From NCBI GenBank assembly GCA_041690135.1, contig JAWLHY010000002.1:256001-320000 (forward strand): a DNA stretch of 64,000 nucleotides, given 5' to 3'. Below the pieces are notes generated by a model that saw nothing but the letters and a program-made list of their open reading frames with translations, did not search any database and had not been told where the DNA came from. The stretch is from Armatimonadota bacterium (GTDB taxonomy: Bacteria > Armatimonadota > SYMT01). This document shows, one piece after another, positions 30,791 to 41,312 of this stretch (position 1 is the first letter of the stretch; each line of letters begins with the position of its first letter). The position numbers and the translations under genes are program-made.

Positions 30791-32047
30791 CTATTTCCCC
30801 GGAGACGTAACGGAGAACCCCTTCTCCACGATGTTGGTGCCCAGGGTCGACTCCCGCGCCGAGCCGAGTGCCGCGGCGGGCACCCGCTCCGGCGCCTTCC
30901 AGCTCAGGTCCGTCATCACGTTCCCGTCCACCAGCACCCGCCGGCACTCTCCTTCGGTGACCACGGCATGCCGGCTCAGGCCGCTGAAGCTGTTGCCGGT
31001 CACCACCACATCGGCGGTGTTCTGCAGCACGATGCCGGTCGCCGGATCCTGGATCACGGTCTTCCCGCCCACGTAGCTGTTGCAGAAGTTATTCCCGGTG
31101 ATGGTGATACGCCCGCTCTGGGAGCCGACCGCCACGGCCCGGGAGGCGACCAGCGGAAAGGTGTTGGCGGAGATGGCGCAGCCCCACGCATCGCGGAGAT
31201 CGATCCCGGCGGCGTTGTGGGCGATCACGTTGGCGCTGATGGTGTCGCCGTAGCAGTCGCGGTCCAGGATGATCGCGGTCCCTTTGCACTCCTCGATCAT
31301 ATTCCCGGAGAGCACCGAGCCGTAGGTGTTCTCGATGACGATGCCGTGGCGCAGGTGGTCGTCGACGTTGTTGCCGTTCATGCAGAGGTTGAAGCTGTCG
31401 ATGCAGCGGACCGCATCCTGGTTCTCCTCGAACTGGTTGGCATTCACCACGATATCGTGGTTCCGCAGGATGTTCAGCCCCGCCTGACCGTTGTAGGTGA
31501 GGATGGAGTCGGAGACCCGCGGGTCTTCCAGGCAGTCCACCAGGTTGATCCCGTGGCCGCCGTTGTGGTCCACCGCCACGTTGTGGATCAGCAGCTCGTT
31601 GGCGGCCTCGGCCAGGATGCCGTCCCCGCTCTTCGGATTGCCGCTGACCCGGAAGTCTGCGAGCTGCACCCGCCAGATCCGCGCCCGCGCGTTCTCGGCC
31701 CGGGTTGCCGGCCGGATTACCAGGGCGGGCTGCCCGTCCTCCGACTTGTTGACGAGGTGCGTTGCCGCGCCCGACCCTTCGATGCGCGTATTCTCGCGGG
31801 TTAATACCAGGGGTCGAGTCAGCTCATACTGGCCTGGTGGGATCCGCACCACGCCGCCCGCCGTGGGCACGGCATCCAGGGCCGCCTGCAGCGTGGGGTA
31901 CCGCGCCGCATCGATGGTAACCGCCTTCGCGCTCTCCTGCGCCTGCGCCGACGGCACCGCTCCACCTCCCCGCAGCGACCCGGCCGCAAATGCCAGTGCA
32001 GCGATCGCCACCACTCCGAACCGGGACCATCCTTCCGGAACCCTCAT
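30791..32047 (-). CDS. secreted right-handed parallel beta-helix protein
   Basis: Signal peptide, YPTLQAALDA, many I.GN.F/PbH1-type repeats. Confidence 0.85.
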   Translation of the reverse strand: MRVPEGWSRFGVVAIAALAFAAGSLRGGGAVPSAQAQESAKAVTIDAARYPTLQAALDAVPTAGGVVRIPPGQYELTRPLVLTRENTRIEGSGAATHLVNKSEDGQPALVIRPATRAENARARIWRVQLADFRVSGNPKSGDGILAEAANELLIHNVAVDHNGGHGINLVDCLEDPRVSDSILTYNGQAGLNILRNHDIVVNANQFEENQDAVRCIDSFNLCMNGNNVDDHLRHGIVIENTYGSVLSGNMIEECKGTAIILDRDCYGDTISANVIAHNAAGIDLRDAWGCAISANTFPLVASRAVAVGSQSGRITITGNNFCNSYVGGKTVIQDPATGIVLQNTADVVVTGNSFSGLSRHAVVTEGECRRVLVDGNVMTDLSWKAPERVPAAALGSARESTLGTNIVEKGFSVTSPGK

Positions 32048-32149
32048 CTCCTCTGCCTCCCTTGCTGGGGCACGCCAGCCGTGCCCCCCTACTGGTAGGC
32101 TGTTTTTCACCGGTGGGGAGAAGTCCTGGGTCGGAGTGGGAGCTCCGGA

Positions 32150-32863
32150 TCAGTCTTCTTCGATCGTGAAGCGGTGCAGAATACCCTGGGGGTTCTGCTG
32201 GGCGAGGCTGTCGAGACGAAATGCTTTGACATGGCCGTCGCAGAACAGGATGCAGCAGCGCTCGTTGTGGCGTTCGACCAGTGCCGTGCTGCCCAGGCCG
32301 GCGAGGGTTCGCGGACGAGTGCTGGTCAGGACCGGGGTAACGCTCCGGTTCGGCCACTCGATTTCGTGCTGGATGCCGTTTCCGTCCCCTACCAGCAGCG
32401 TATCCGCTGGCACCGTCACGGCCGCCAGCGACACGTTGTAGGGCGGGGTGGCGGTGGGGTCCGCCCAGTAGGCGGAGTTCCAGGCATAACTGCCGTAGTT
32501 CCGGTCGTCGCGGGACCGATAACGGCCGCCGGGCGGAAACCCCTGACTCGGACAGTTGAAAACCGCCTCGTTCTTCACATACGGCAGGATGGCGTCCATC
32601 CACTTGTAATTGATGGCCGCGTTGGACCCGCTGTTGTCCACGCCGAACCAGCTCCGGGGGAGCATCTCGTCGTAGTTCTCCGTGTACATCAGGATCGCGG
32701 CCCCGATATGCCGCAGGTTGCTCCGGCAGGTGGTCGCCCGGGCTGCCTCGCGGGTCCGGGCAAAGACCGGGAAGAGGAGCCCGGCGAGAACGGCGATGAT
32801 CGCGATCACCACCAGTAACTCGATCAGGGTGAACGCCCGACGCGGATTGACTGAAGAGCCCAT
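32150..32863 (-). CDS. prepilin-type N-terminal cleavage/methylation protein (DUF1559, H-X9-DG)
   Basis: AFTLIELLVVIAII, C.SNLR.IG.A..MY, RHNERCCILFCDGHVK. Confidence 0.92.
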   Translation of the reverse strand: MGSSVNPRRAFTLIELLVVIAIIAVLAGLLFPVFARTREAARATTCRSNLRHIGAAILMYTENYDEMLPRSWFGVDNSGSNAAINYKWMDAILPYVKNEAVFNCPSQGFPPGGRYRSRDDRNYGSYAWNSAYWADPTATPPYNVSLAAVTVPADTLLVGDGNGIQHEIEWPNRSVTPVLTSTRPRTLAGLGSTALVERHNERCCILFCDGHVKAFRLDSLAQQNPQGILHRFTIEED

Positions 32864-32954
32864 GGCAAGAGTCCTGTCTGCGATGCTTCCGAAGGCCGCC
32901 GATCACGCAGCTTCCTGGAAGTAACGCAGCAGAGCGCCGGAAGGGTACGCCAGC

Positions 32955-33884
32955 CTACTTCAGTCGGCGCTGGAGCCACTCGATCATTCGCGCCTTATAG
33001 CCCTGGAAGCGAGGCTCCTTCTCCCAGTTGATCACGCCGTGGATGCCGTCTTCCACCGTGATCAGGTCGCAGGGGACGCCCGCCTTCCGAAACAGCTCCA
33101 TCCCCAGGGGCGACTGCGCGTAGGGCACGGCCTCGTCTTTGGTGCCGTGGATGAAGAGGAAGGGCGCCGACTTCGCGTGGATGTACCGGTCCGGAGAGGC
33201 CTCTCGGATCCGCGCCACCCCGGGCTCGTCCAGCGCCTCGATCCGGAACACACCCTTCAGCCGCTCGGGCAGCGGGCCGCCCGGCGTGAGGCGGAGAGTC
33301 TCCATCAGGTTGATGGGACCGTAGAACGACACCACGGCCGCCACCTGCGACGGCGGACGGTTGCGCGCGCCGACCAGGTTGACGAGGTGCGCGCCGGCCG
33401 ACTCGCCCATCAAGGCGATCTGCTTCGGCTTGACGCGGTACTCCTTGGCGTTCCGCCGCACGAAGGCGAGCGCTCGTTCCACGTCTTCCACCGCCGCGGT
33501 GTAGGGGAACCGGGGCGCCAGCCGGTAGTCGATGGTGAACCAGGCGAACCCTGTCCGGTCCAGCGGCTCGAACAGGGGCCGGAGGAAGCTCGCGGTCTTG
33601 TCGCCGCCGGTCCAGCCGCCGCCGTGGACCAGGATCACCGCGGGGAAGGGTCCCTTACCGGGGGGAATATGGGCATCGAGCTTGAGCGACACCGGCCCGG
33701 TGGCGAACTCCACGTTTTCGATGACGGTGTAGCCCCCGCCCGTGGCACTCTCCACGGTACCCGTCGGGGCGGCAGTCACCGGCAGTAGCCAGGCGGCGGC
33801 CAGGAGTATCCCAGCCGGCAGCAGCCCCATCACGGTCGGACGGGTGCGCCCGCGAGCGAATGGACGACGCGACATCACGCTCAC
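32955..33884 (-). CDS. alpha/beta hydrolase (esterase/lipase)
   Basis: HGGGW, GESAG nucleophile elbow, HGTKD, C-terminal His. Confidence 0.9.
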   Translation of the reverse strand: MSVMSRRPFARGRTRPTVMGLLPAGILLAAAWLLPVTAAPTGTVESATGGGYTVIENVEFATGPVSLKLDAHIPPGKGPFPAVILVHGGGWTGGDKTASFLRPLFEPLDRTGFAWFTIDYRLAPRFPYTAAVEDVERALAFVRRNAKEYRVKPKQIALMGESAGAHLVNLVGARNRPPSQVAAVVSFYGPINLMETLRLTPGGPLPERLKGVFRIEALDEPGVARIREASPDRYIHAKSAPFLFIHGTKDEAVPYAQSPLGMELFRKAGVPCDLITVEDGIHGVINWEKEPRFQGYKARMIEWLQRRLK

Positions 33885-33893
33885 TCTCTCAAG

Positions 33894-34739
33894 TTACCGG
33901 CCGAGGCCTGGCAGGTCCGTCCACGATTCTACCTGGTTGACGAGTCGCAGCCACTCCTCCACCTGAGCCAGGTTCTCTTCGCTCTCGATGCGGCGGTGGA
34001 TCGCCGGATCCGGCTCTCCCAGCCGGGGTACACCGACGAGCAGCAGTGCTCGCACCGTTCCGGTCAGTTGACCTTCTTCAAGAATCGCTTGGTAAGTATC
34101 TGACTCTCGCATAGCAGGGATCCCCCTGAACAATTGTGCCACTCTTTCCCGCGGATGACGCAGGCCCATTAAGACGAAGGTATCCGTCCAGAAATCCTTT
34201 CTCTCTTCGGGTGAAGCCTCGGCCACCAGGCGTGTTTCTATCTTACGTAATACCTCGGTAAGCCGCCCGGTAGCCTCATCTGTGATCGGTGCCAAAGGCA
34301 GTGTAGCCAATGACCCGGACAGGACGTCGTCCAACCGCAGAGACCAGGCACGCAGCACATGATACTGAAGCATGTGCACATGCCCGCTCTCAGGGACTAC
34401 GACGCGATACTCGCCAGTGAGGCTGGAGTGGTCCGCTTCCGGGCGCAAGACGACCAGCACGGAGTCCACCGGCAGCGCATGGCGCCGGTGGTGGATGCCG
34501 TTGTAGTTCATGGCTCGGGCCAGGATGCTCGGGTCCCAGGATGCGAACGCCTCGAAGTGGACGACAAACGGGTCTGCGCGCTCCAGCAACACGACTTTAT
34601 CGGCTGCGCCGGAGACGGTGGAGATATCGGCATCCACCAGGGTCGGGCGTCCCGCAATCGGTCCCAGGGCGAGACGAACCCAACCCGCCGGATCTCGTTC
34701 CAGCAGGTCTTTGAAGACCGAGTCGAACGGCTTGGACAA
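33894..34739 (-). CDS. Rpn/YhgA-like PD-(D/E)XK protein
   Basis: PFDSVFKDLLE, ADKV...HFE, LPLAP, MRESDTYQAILEEG. Confidence 0.75.
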   Translation of the reverse strand: MSKPFDSVFKDLLERDPAGWVRLALGPIAGRPTLVDADISTVSGAADKVVLLERADPFVVHFEAFASWDPSILARAMNYNGIHHRRHALPVDSVLVVLRPEADHSSLTGEYRVVVPESGHVHMLQYHVLRAWSLRLDDVLSGSLATLPLAPITDEATGRLTEVLRKIETRLVAEASPEERKDFWTDTFVLMGLRHPRERVAQLFRGIPAMRESDTYQAILEEGQLTGTVRALLLVGVPRLGEPDPAIHRRIESEENLAQVEEWLRLVNQVESWTDLPGLGR

Positions 34740-34752
34740 CCTGGATTCTCCG

Positions 34753-36102
34753 CTACACCAGCCCGGTGAGGGTTCCTCTGGCGTCCTGGAACTTTTCGGT
34801 TTCCACGCCCATCTTCTGGATCACCGTGAGGAGCACGTTGGAGAGCGGTGGGTGTTTTTCGGGGTCGTGGGCGAGGTGCCGGCCGTGCTTCAGACCCCAG
34901 GCGGCGCCTCCCGCTACCAGCAGCGGCAGGTTCCGGGGGGAGTGGTCCCCGCGCTCGCCGCTGTTCATCCCGGAGCCGTACACGACCATGGTGTGGTCCA
35001 GCATGGTGCGGCCGCCCTCTTCCGTGGACCGCAGGAACGTCAGGAACCGGGCCAGGCGCTCGATGTGGAAGCGGTCGATGGCGGCGAGCTTCCGGAGCAT
35101 GCCGGCGTCTCCGCCGTGGTGGGAGAGCTCATGGTGGTTCTCACCGCCCCCGCCGAAGCCGCCCGCTTCGCGGGACCACTCGAAGGTGATGACTCGGGTG
35201 GTATCGGTGAGGAAGGCGAGGTAGGAAAGCTCCAGCATTACGTCCAGCCACATGGGGCGGTCGTGAGCGTTGCCGGGCTGGCTGTTCAACTGGAGGCCGG
35301 CGGCGGAGACCTTCGGCTTCGGGACGTCGATCCACGCGACCTGCCGCTGCACCCGCAGCTCCGTCTCGCGCACGGAGGCGAGGTATTCCGCCAGCTTCGC
35401 CTGATCCGCTTTGCCGAGCTTGTTCTCCAGCGCTTTCGCCTCCGCCAGCACGTCGTCCAGGATGCTCCGCTTCTCGGCGTAGCGCCGGAGGGCGGCCTCG
35501 CGGGAAGCGGCGTCGTCCGGGACGAACAGCCGCTCGAACAGGCGCTGCGGGTTGTTCTCGCAGGGCAGCGGAGTGCCGTTCCGGTCGAAGGCGAGGGTGT
35601 GGCTGTGGAGTGCGCTGCCGGTGCCGGACATGTCGCCCAGCTCCAGCGAGGGGAAGCGGGTCTGCGCGCCGACCTTGTCCGCGATCACCTGGTCGGCGGA
35701 GATGGTGTTGGTGTAGTCCTTGCCGGGCACCGCGCGCAGGTTGGCGCCGGTGAGCCAGGTGTCCGCGCCGGAGTGGCCGCCGGTCGCGTTCGGGTGCCCG
35801 AGCCCGCTCAGCACGCTGAAGGCGGCCCGGTATGGGGTGAGAGGCTGCAGGGTGGGGGAGAGCGCGTAGCCCGCCCCCTGCGCGGCCGGCACCCACTCCT
35901 TGATGTTCACGCCGTTCGGCACGTAGCAGAAGATGACGCGCGGCACGGGCTTCGCGCCGGACTTCGCCAGCGGCTTGAAGGTCGAGGGCGCCCCGTAGGT
36001 GGCGGGCGGCAGCATCGCCTCCAGGAGCGGCAGCGCGAGCGCCGCGCCGGCGCCGCGGAGCATGGTGCGCCGGGAGAGGGGCCGGCAGTTGATCCGATGC
36101 AT
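34753..36102 (-). CDS. DUF1552 domain protein
   Basis: Tat-like SRRTMLRGAGAALALPLLEAM, YVPNG, TRFPSLEL, HHELSHH, H...NLP; RBS AAGGAG. Confidence 0.92.
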   Translation of the reverse strand: MHRINCRPLSRRTMLRGAGAALALPLLEAMLPPATYGAPSTFKPLAKSGAKPVPRVIFCYVPNGVNIKEWVPAAQGAGYALSPTLQPLTPYRAAFSVLSGLGHPNATGGHSGADTWLTGANLRAVPGKDYTNTISADQVIADKVGAQTRFPSLELGDMSGTGSALHSHTLAFDRNGTPLPCENNPQRLFERLFVPDDAASREAALRRYAEKRSILDDVLAEAKALENKLGKADQAKLAEYLASVRETELRVQRQVAWIDVPKPKVSAAGLQLNSQPGNAHDRPMWLDVMLELSYLAFLTDTTRVITFEWSREAGGFGGGGENHHELSHHGGDAGMLRKLAAIDRFHIERLARFLTFLRSTEEGGRTMLDHTMVVYGSGMNSGERGDHSPRNLPLLVAGGAAWGLKHGRHLAHDPEKHPPLSNVLLTVIQKMGVETEKFQDARGTLTGLV

Positions 36103-36115
36103 GTCCGGGATCTCC

Positions 36116-38833
36116 TTACTGGGTCGTGAACGGCTCCGAGGTGACGATGGCGGCAATCAGGGACCGGAGCGTGTAGCGGCTGCGCTTCATCCGGTCGACG
36201 TAACCACGGACCGCCGGCCGGTCGGAGAAGCCGAGCTCCCGTCCCAGGGCGTAGGTGGTGAGCTGCGAGGCCAGCGTGTCCAGGAAGCGGTCTTCCTGCT
36301 TCAGGAGCTGGGCCTGAAGCCCTTCGACCCCCTGGATCACCGTGCCGTCCGGCATCTTCGCGGAGGCGTCGATCAGCGGGTCGTTGGCCTCGATGCGCCC
36401 CTGGTAGCCGTGACCCTCGCGGTCGCGCCATTCCCCGGCCGCGTTGAAGTTCTCCAGCGCGAAGCCGAGCGGGTCGATCTTGTCGTGGCACCGCGCGCAG
36501 GCCGGGGCTTCGCGGTGGATCTGCAGGCGCTGGCGGACCGTCGCCTTATCGATCCCCGGCACCTTCGCCGCGATCTCGCCCACGTTCGCCACCGGCAGGC
36601 CGGGGTCGCTTCCCAGCAGCGTCCGCAGGATCCACACGCCGCGGGTCACGGGAGAGGTCCGCGTGCCGTTGGAGGTGATGCTGTGGATGGAAGCCTGGGT
36701 CACCAGCCCGCCGCGGTGCGAGCCGGGCGGCGCGGGCACCCGGCGGATGGCATCGCCCTTCACTCCGGGAATACCGTAGAAGCGGGCCAGGCGCTCGTTG
36801 ATGGTGACGAAGTCGCTCTTGATCAGGCTGCGCGCGTTGAGGTCGTGGCGCAGGATCTCGGCGAAGAAACCTTCCGTCTCCCGCACTATCGAAATCTCCA
36901 GGTGGCGGTCGTACTCCGGGTAGAGGTTCTTCGCGGGCGGGTTCGCCCCCACCTTCCGCAGCCCGAGCCACTGCCCGGCGAAGTTCTTCACGAACGCCTC
37001 GCTCTTGGGGTCGGCGAGCATGCGGTCCACCTGCTGCGCCAGCACGGCCGGTTTTGCCAGGTCTCCGCTCGCGGCAAGGCGGAAGAGGGTGTCGTCCGGC
37101 ATCGACGACCAGAGGAAGTAGGAGAGGCGAGAGGCTAGCTCATACGGGTTCAGCCGGCGGGGCTTCGCAGCGGGCGGCTCCGGCTCCACCAGGAACAGGA
37201 AGTGGGGCGAGGCGAGCACCGCCGCCAGGGGAGTTTTGATTGCCTCCACGAACGAGGGCTTCATGGAGCGGACGCGGGTGAAGAGGGCGACCTTCGCCTC
37301 CACCTCGGCGGGTTGCACGGGGCGCCGGTAGGCCCGGGTCATGAACTGTGTGAGAACCGCCCGGGCGCGGGCGGTCTCGTCCTTTGCGGTCGCCGGCGCT
37401 TCCCCCAGCACCTTCCGGTGGCTGGCGGGCGGCCAGGCGGGATGGATCGGGCCCTCCAGTTCCAGCCAGTCGACCAGCAGGGCGGGGCGCGCGAAGGCAT
37501 CGTGGCCCTGCATCCAGAAGTTCTCCAGGACCCGCGGCACCTCGTAGGCGTAATCGAACTCCAGCCCCGCCTTCAGGGGCGTAAACCGCGCGCGGATCTC
37601 GTAGACCTTCGGTGCGTTCTCCGGGGCGTCGATGTCCATCTCCGCGATGACCCGGGGGGCACTGCCGAGGTGCTGGGTCACCTTCACCCGCGGCGGACCG
37701 TAGTCGTACATCCGGTGCGTGGCGAAGTGCTGGAGGTCTCGCTCGAACTGGCGCTCGTGGTAGACCTTACCGGCCGGGTTCTCCGCCAGTTGCTTCTCCA
37801 GCCGCTGGGTCAGGATCCGGCGGGCCGAGGCCACCACGTCGGCGCGTCCCGGCACCCGGCCGGCGGCGCGAAACCGGACGATGTACTCCCCTTCCACGGG
37901 CACGCGGAAGTCGCGGAACCCGATCCCCTTGTCCCACGACTCGTGGTGGACCACCGTAAAGCCGTTCTCGGTGGGGTTGTTGCCGTCGTTGAGCAGGATG
38001 TTGTGCCCATCCCGCCGCACCCGCAGGCGGTCCATCCCCATCGTGTTCTCTTCCGGCTCGAAGTGCCACTTGAAGCCCGCGGGTTGGGGCCCCTCCACCA
38101 GGGCGCGGTCCAGGATCTTCCGCGCGGCCGCGTAGTACAACTCCAGTTGGAGCGGGGAGAGGGTGAGCGCCTGGCCGATGTTGTCGAACCCGCCGGCCGG
38201 GGGATCCTCGGGAAAATCGTCTGCCGGTTGGAAGTCGACGCCCACCAGGTCCCGGATCGTGTGGTTGTACTCCGCCCGGTTGAGGCGGCGCAGCACCACC
38301 CGGGTCGAGCGCTTCGCGATTTCTGCCCGCGCCAGCTCCGCCCGCACCCGCTCCACGAAGGTGCCCGCCGCCTCCGCGGAAGGCTGCTTCTCACCGGTGG
38401 GCGGCATCTGCCCGTTGTTGACCGCCGCGACGACCTCCGCCCACTTCGCGTGGATGCCGGGGTCGGCGAAATCCGCCGCCAGGGTATCGAGCCGCAGCTT
38501 GGCAAATTGCTTTTCCGGCCCGTGGCACCGGATGCAGTGCTCCTTCAGGAACGGTTGCACCGACGGTGTAAACGTGGCGGTGCTGACCGCCGCGGACTTG
38601 ACCGGTGTGTTGGACTTCCCTGTCGCTGGCGGCTTCTGGGCCGCGGTTGCCTTCTTCGGCGCCTGGTACATGGCGCAGGCCGGCAGCACTGCCAGCAAAA
38701 AAGCGCCCACAGCCAGCACCCCGCCGGGGGACCTACCGTGCCTCGGAGAGTCGCGCCGGGCCTGAAAGGGAAGCTCGTTCCGAAGATCCGAACGTCGTGG
38801 GAAGGTTTGCTGCGGTCGGTTTGAAAGAGGCAT
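36116..38833 (-). CDS. DUF1592/DUF1588/DUF1587 planctomycete-type cytochrome c protein
   Basis: CIRCH and CARCH heme motifs, RRLNRAEY, ELASRLSYFLWSSMPD, TSPVTRG. Start uncertain. Confidence 0.9.
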   Translation of the reverse strand: MPLSNRPQQTFPRRSDLRNELPFQARRDSPRHGRSPGGVLAVGAFLLAVLPACAMYQAPKKATAAQKPPATGKSNTPVKSAAVSTATFTPSVQPFLKEHCIRCHGPEKQFAKLRLDTLAADFADPGIHAKWAEVVAAVNNGQMPPTGEKQPSAEAAGTFVERVRAELARAEIAKRSTRVVLRRLNRAEYNHTIRDLVGVDFQPADDFPEDPPAGGFDNIGQALTLSPLQLELYYAAARKILDRALVEGPQPAGFKWHFEPEENTMGMDRLRVRRDGHNILLNDGNNPTENGFTVVHHESWDKGIGFRDFRVPVEGEYIVRFRAAGRVPGRADVVASARRILTQRLEKQLAENPAGKVYHERQFERDLQHFATHRMYDYGPPRVKVTQHLGSAPRVIAEMDIDAPENAPKVYEIRARFTPLKAGLEFDYAYEVPRVLENFWMQGHDAFARPALLVDWLELEGPIHPAWPPASHRKVLGEAPATAKDETARARAVLTQFMTRAYRRPVQPAEVEAKVALFTRVRSMKPSFVEAIKTPLAAVLASPHFLFLVEPEPPAAKPRRLNPYELASRLSYFLWSSMPDDTLFRLAASGDLAKPAVLAQQVDRMLADPKSEAFVKNFAGQWLGLRKVGANPPAKNLYPEYDRHLEISIVRETEGFFAEILRHDLNARSLIKSDFVTINERLARFYGIPGVKGDAIRRVPAPPGSHRGGLVTQASIHSITSNGTRTSPVTRGVWILRTLLGSDPGLPVANVGEIAAKVPGIDKATVRQRLQIHREAPACARCHDKIDPLGFALENFNAAGEWRDREGHGYQGRIEANDPLIDASAKMPDGTVIQGVEGLQAQLLKQEDRFLDTLASQLTTYALGRELGFSDRPAVRGYVDRMKRSRYTLRSLIAAIVTSEPFTTQ

Positions 38834-39050
38834 CGATGCGGGTCGGTTCCGGTGAGACCGGCGCGGAACCGCTTTCTCCACGCCCAACGACCCGGACGAG
38901 CCCGTCCCTGGCAACCTCGGAACCTGTCTCACAAGCGACTTTCTACGGGCGGGGGAGGGGGTCCTCCCTACAAGACATTGCCACCGGGCTGCGGTATAAG
39001 TATTGTCCGGTGTGATCCTCGGCACTCTCAACGGCAGACATCCCCTTCTC

Positions 39051-41015
39051 ATGGTCGAAGAACGCGTCCTGGTGATGGCCCCAGAAGGGGACGTGGAGTT
39101 GTGCCGGACCCTGCTCGCCCCGACGGGCGCGACCGTGGAGTGGTGCGAGGATCTGCCGCACTTATGCCGGCTGCTACAGGCGCCGGTAGGTGTTGTGGTG
39201 CTCGGTGAGGCAGCCCTGGCATCTCCGGAGATCGATACGTTGGTGGCGATCCTGGAGAGCCAGCCCGCCTGGTCGGAGTTGCCGGTACTGGTGCTGGCGG
39301 ACGAGGTTTCGCCGGCGGTCGGTGAAGTTTCCTACCCGGTGGAGCGCCTGGGGAACGTCACCTGGATCGAGCGTCCCCTGCGCCCTTCCACGCTCGGTAC
39401 CGCCTTACGGGTTGCCCTCCGGTCCCGGCGCCGTCAGTACCAGATCCGGGCGCACCTCTCGGAACGCGCAGCCGCCGAACGGGCCCTGCGCGAGAGCGAG
39501 GAGCGGTTCCGGATTGCACTGGAAGCCGGGCGCCTGGGCTCCTGGCAGCACGACCTCCGCACCGATGAGCTCACTGCTTCGGATCTTCTCCGGGCTCACT
39601 TCGGGCGTGCGCCGGGCGCGCCGCTGACACACGACGAGGTCCTCGCCGCCGTGCATCCGGAGGACCGCGAGTGTGCGAAGGAGACCATTCGCCAGGCGAT
39701 CCGGGCAGGTGAACCCTACGTACTGGAGTACCGCGTGGTCTGGCCCGACGGTTCGGTCCACTGGCTCATGGTTCGTGGGCGCGCCAGTTACACGGATGTG
39801 GGAGTGCCGATAACCACCTTCGGCGTGACCCTCGACGTTACCGAACGAAAGGACGCCGAGACACGGCGGGTGGAAGTGGAGGAGCGGTTACGCCAGGATG
39901 CCCGCAGCAAGGATGAGTTCCTTGCGATGCTGGCTCACGAGCTGCGCAACCCCCTCGCCCCATTGGCGAACGCCATCGAGATCATGCGGGCGCGTCCCGG
40001 ACGCGAGAAGGGAGAGCGAGCCCGGCACTTGGCGGAGCGCCAGTTGCGCCATCTCCGGCGCCTGGTGGACGATCTCCTGGATGTTTCCCGGATCAACAGC
40101 GGAAAGATCACGCTCAAGCGGCAGCGGGTGGACCTGGTGGTGGCCGTGGAGAACGCGCTGGAAGCGGCCGGTGTCTTCATCGAGGAGTCCGGGCATCAGC
40201 TCGAGGCTTCGCTCCCTCCGGAACCCGTCTATGCGGACGTGGATCCGGTACGCCTGGAGCAGGTGGTGAGCAATCTCCTCCACAACGCAGCCAAGTACAC
40301 GGAGCGCGGCGGGCGCATCCGGGTGGCGTTGGAAGTGGCCGGCGATACCTCTCGCCTCCGGGTCCAGGATACCGGCATCGGGATCTCGCCCGAGCTGCTG
40401 AGCCGCGTGTTCGAACTCTTCATCCAGGGGGAGCGCGGGCTCGATCGCTCCCAGGGTGGGCTGGGGCTGGGGCTGACGCTGGTCCGCAATCTCGTGCATC
40501 TCCATGGGGGCACAGTGGAGGCCTACAGCGAGGGCAGTGGCCGGGGCAGTGAGTTCGTGGTGACGCTCCCGTTGGCGGCCACGCTGGAAAACCTGCCCCC
40601 CTCGAACCTACCCCCCACTCCCTCCGTAGCTCGGGACCAGTACGGCAACAGCTCCCTGCGGCTCCTCGTGGTGGACGACAACCGCGATTCCGCCGACACC
40701 CTCTCGGAGTTGGCGCAGCTTTGGGGCTACGAGGTGGAAACCGCCTACGACGGCCCTACTGCCCTGGAACGGGCGGGGGAGTGGGTGCCGGATTTTCTGC
40801 TTCTGGACATCGGGATGCCCGGCCTGGATGGCTACGAGTTGGCGCGCCGGCTGCGGCAGGATCCGCGCTTCACCCAGGTCATGTTGGTGGCCCTCACCGG
40901 CTACGGTCGCGAAGAAGACGTGGCCCGGTCCCGGGCCGCCGGTTTCGACCACCATCTCGTCAAGCCGGTAGACGTTGAAGAGCTGGAAAGGCTGCTCCGT
41001 GGAAGAGAGGGCTGA
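39051..41015 (+). CDS. hybrid PAS sensor histidine kinase/response regulator
   Basis: FLAMLAHELRNPL, NLLHNAAKYT, DTGIG, GGLGLGL, C-terminal receiver (VVDDN, DIGMP, KP). Confidence 0.95.
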   Translation: MVEERVLVMAPEGDVELCRTLLAPTGATVEWCEDLPHLCRLLQAPVGVVVLGEAALASPEIDTLVAILESQPAWSELPVLVLADEVSPAVGEVSYPVERLGNVTWIERPLRPSTLGTALRVALRSRRRQYQIRAHLSERAAAERALRESEERFRIALEAGRLGSWQHDLRTDELTASDLLRAHFGRAPGAPLTHDEVLAAVHPEDRECAKETIRQAIRAGEPYVLEYRVVWPDGSVHWLMVRGRASYTDVGVPITTFGVTLDVTERKDAETRRVEVEERLRQDARSKDEFLAMLAHELRNPLAPLANAIEIMRARPGREKGERARHLAERQLRHLRRLVDDLLDVSRINSGKITLKRQRVDLVVAVENALEAAGVFIEESGHQLEASLPPEPVYADVDPVRLEQVVSNLLHNAAKYTERGGRIRVALEVAGDTSRLRVQDTGIGISPELLSRVFELFIQGERGLDRSQGGLGLGLTLVRNLVHLHGGTVEAYSEGSGRGSEFVVTLPLAATLENLPPSNLPPTPSVARDQYGNSSLRLLVVDDNRDSADTLSELAQLWGYEVETAYDGPTALERAGEWVPDFLLLDIGMPGLDGYELARRLRQDPRFTQVMLVALTGYGREEDVARSRAAGFDHHLVKPVDVEELERLLRGREG

Positions 41016-41089
41016 ACCGGGGAATCTTCCCCATCGCGCAGCACCCTTTCGCCTCTTGCGCGCGGTGAGTGGCGAATAGGTGAGCCGCC

Positions 41090-41251
41090 TTACCTTGGAG
41101 GGCGGCACCGTTCCCTCGCTCCACTCCTCCAGCAGGCCTCGACCAGGGAAGTGAGAAGCGTGCCGAGCAAGGTGAACAGGAGCGAGAACGCCTCGAAAAT
41201 CGCGAGGAAGAGATAGACGCACAGCTCTGCCAGCAGGAGCAGCAGTTCCAC
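41090..41251 (-). CDS. small membrane protein (53 aa)
   Basis: Below the ORF-track cutoff. RBS GGGAGA, GTG start, MELLLLLAELCVYLFLAIFEAFSLLFTLLGTLL... Confidence 0.45.
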   Translation of the reverse strand: MELLLLLAELCVYLFLAIFEAFSLLFTLLGTLLTSLVEACWRSGARERCRPPR

Positions 41252-41312
41252 GAAGTCTTCTCCCGTAGCCGGAAGGGAAGGCTCTCCGCACCGGCCGGCA
41301 GCCCCGGTCGGG

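Noticed and set aside
33894-34739. Active insertion sequence
   Set aside because: Rpn-like gene with no terminal inverted repeats or target-site duplication visible.
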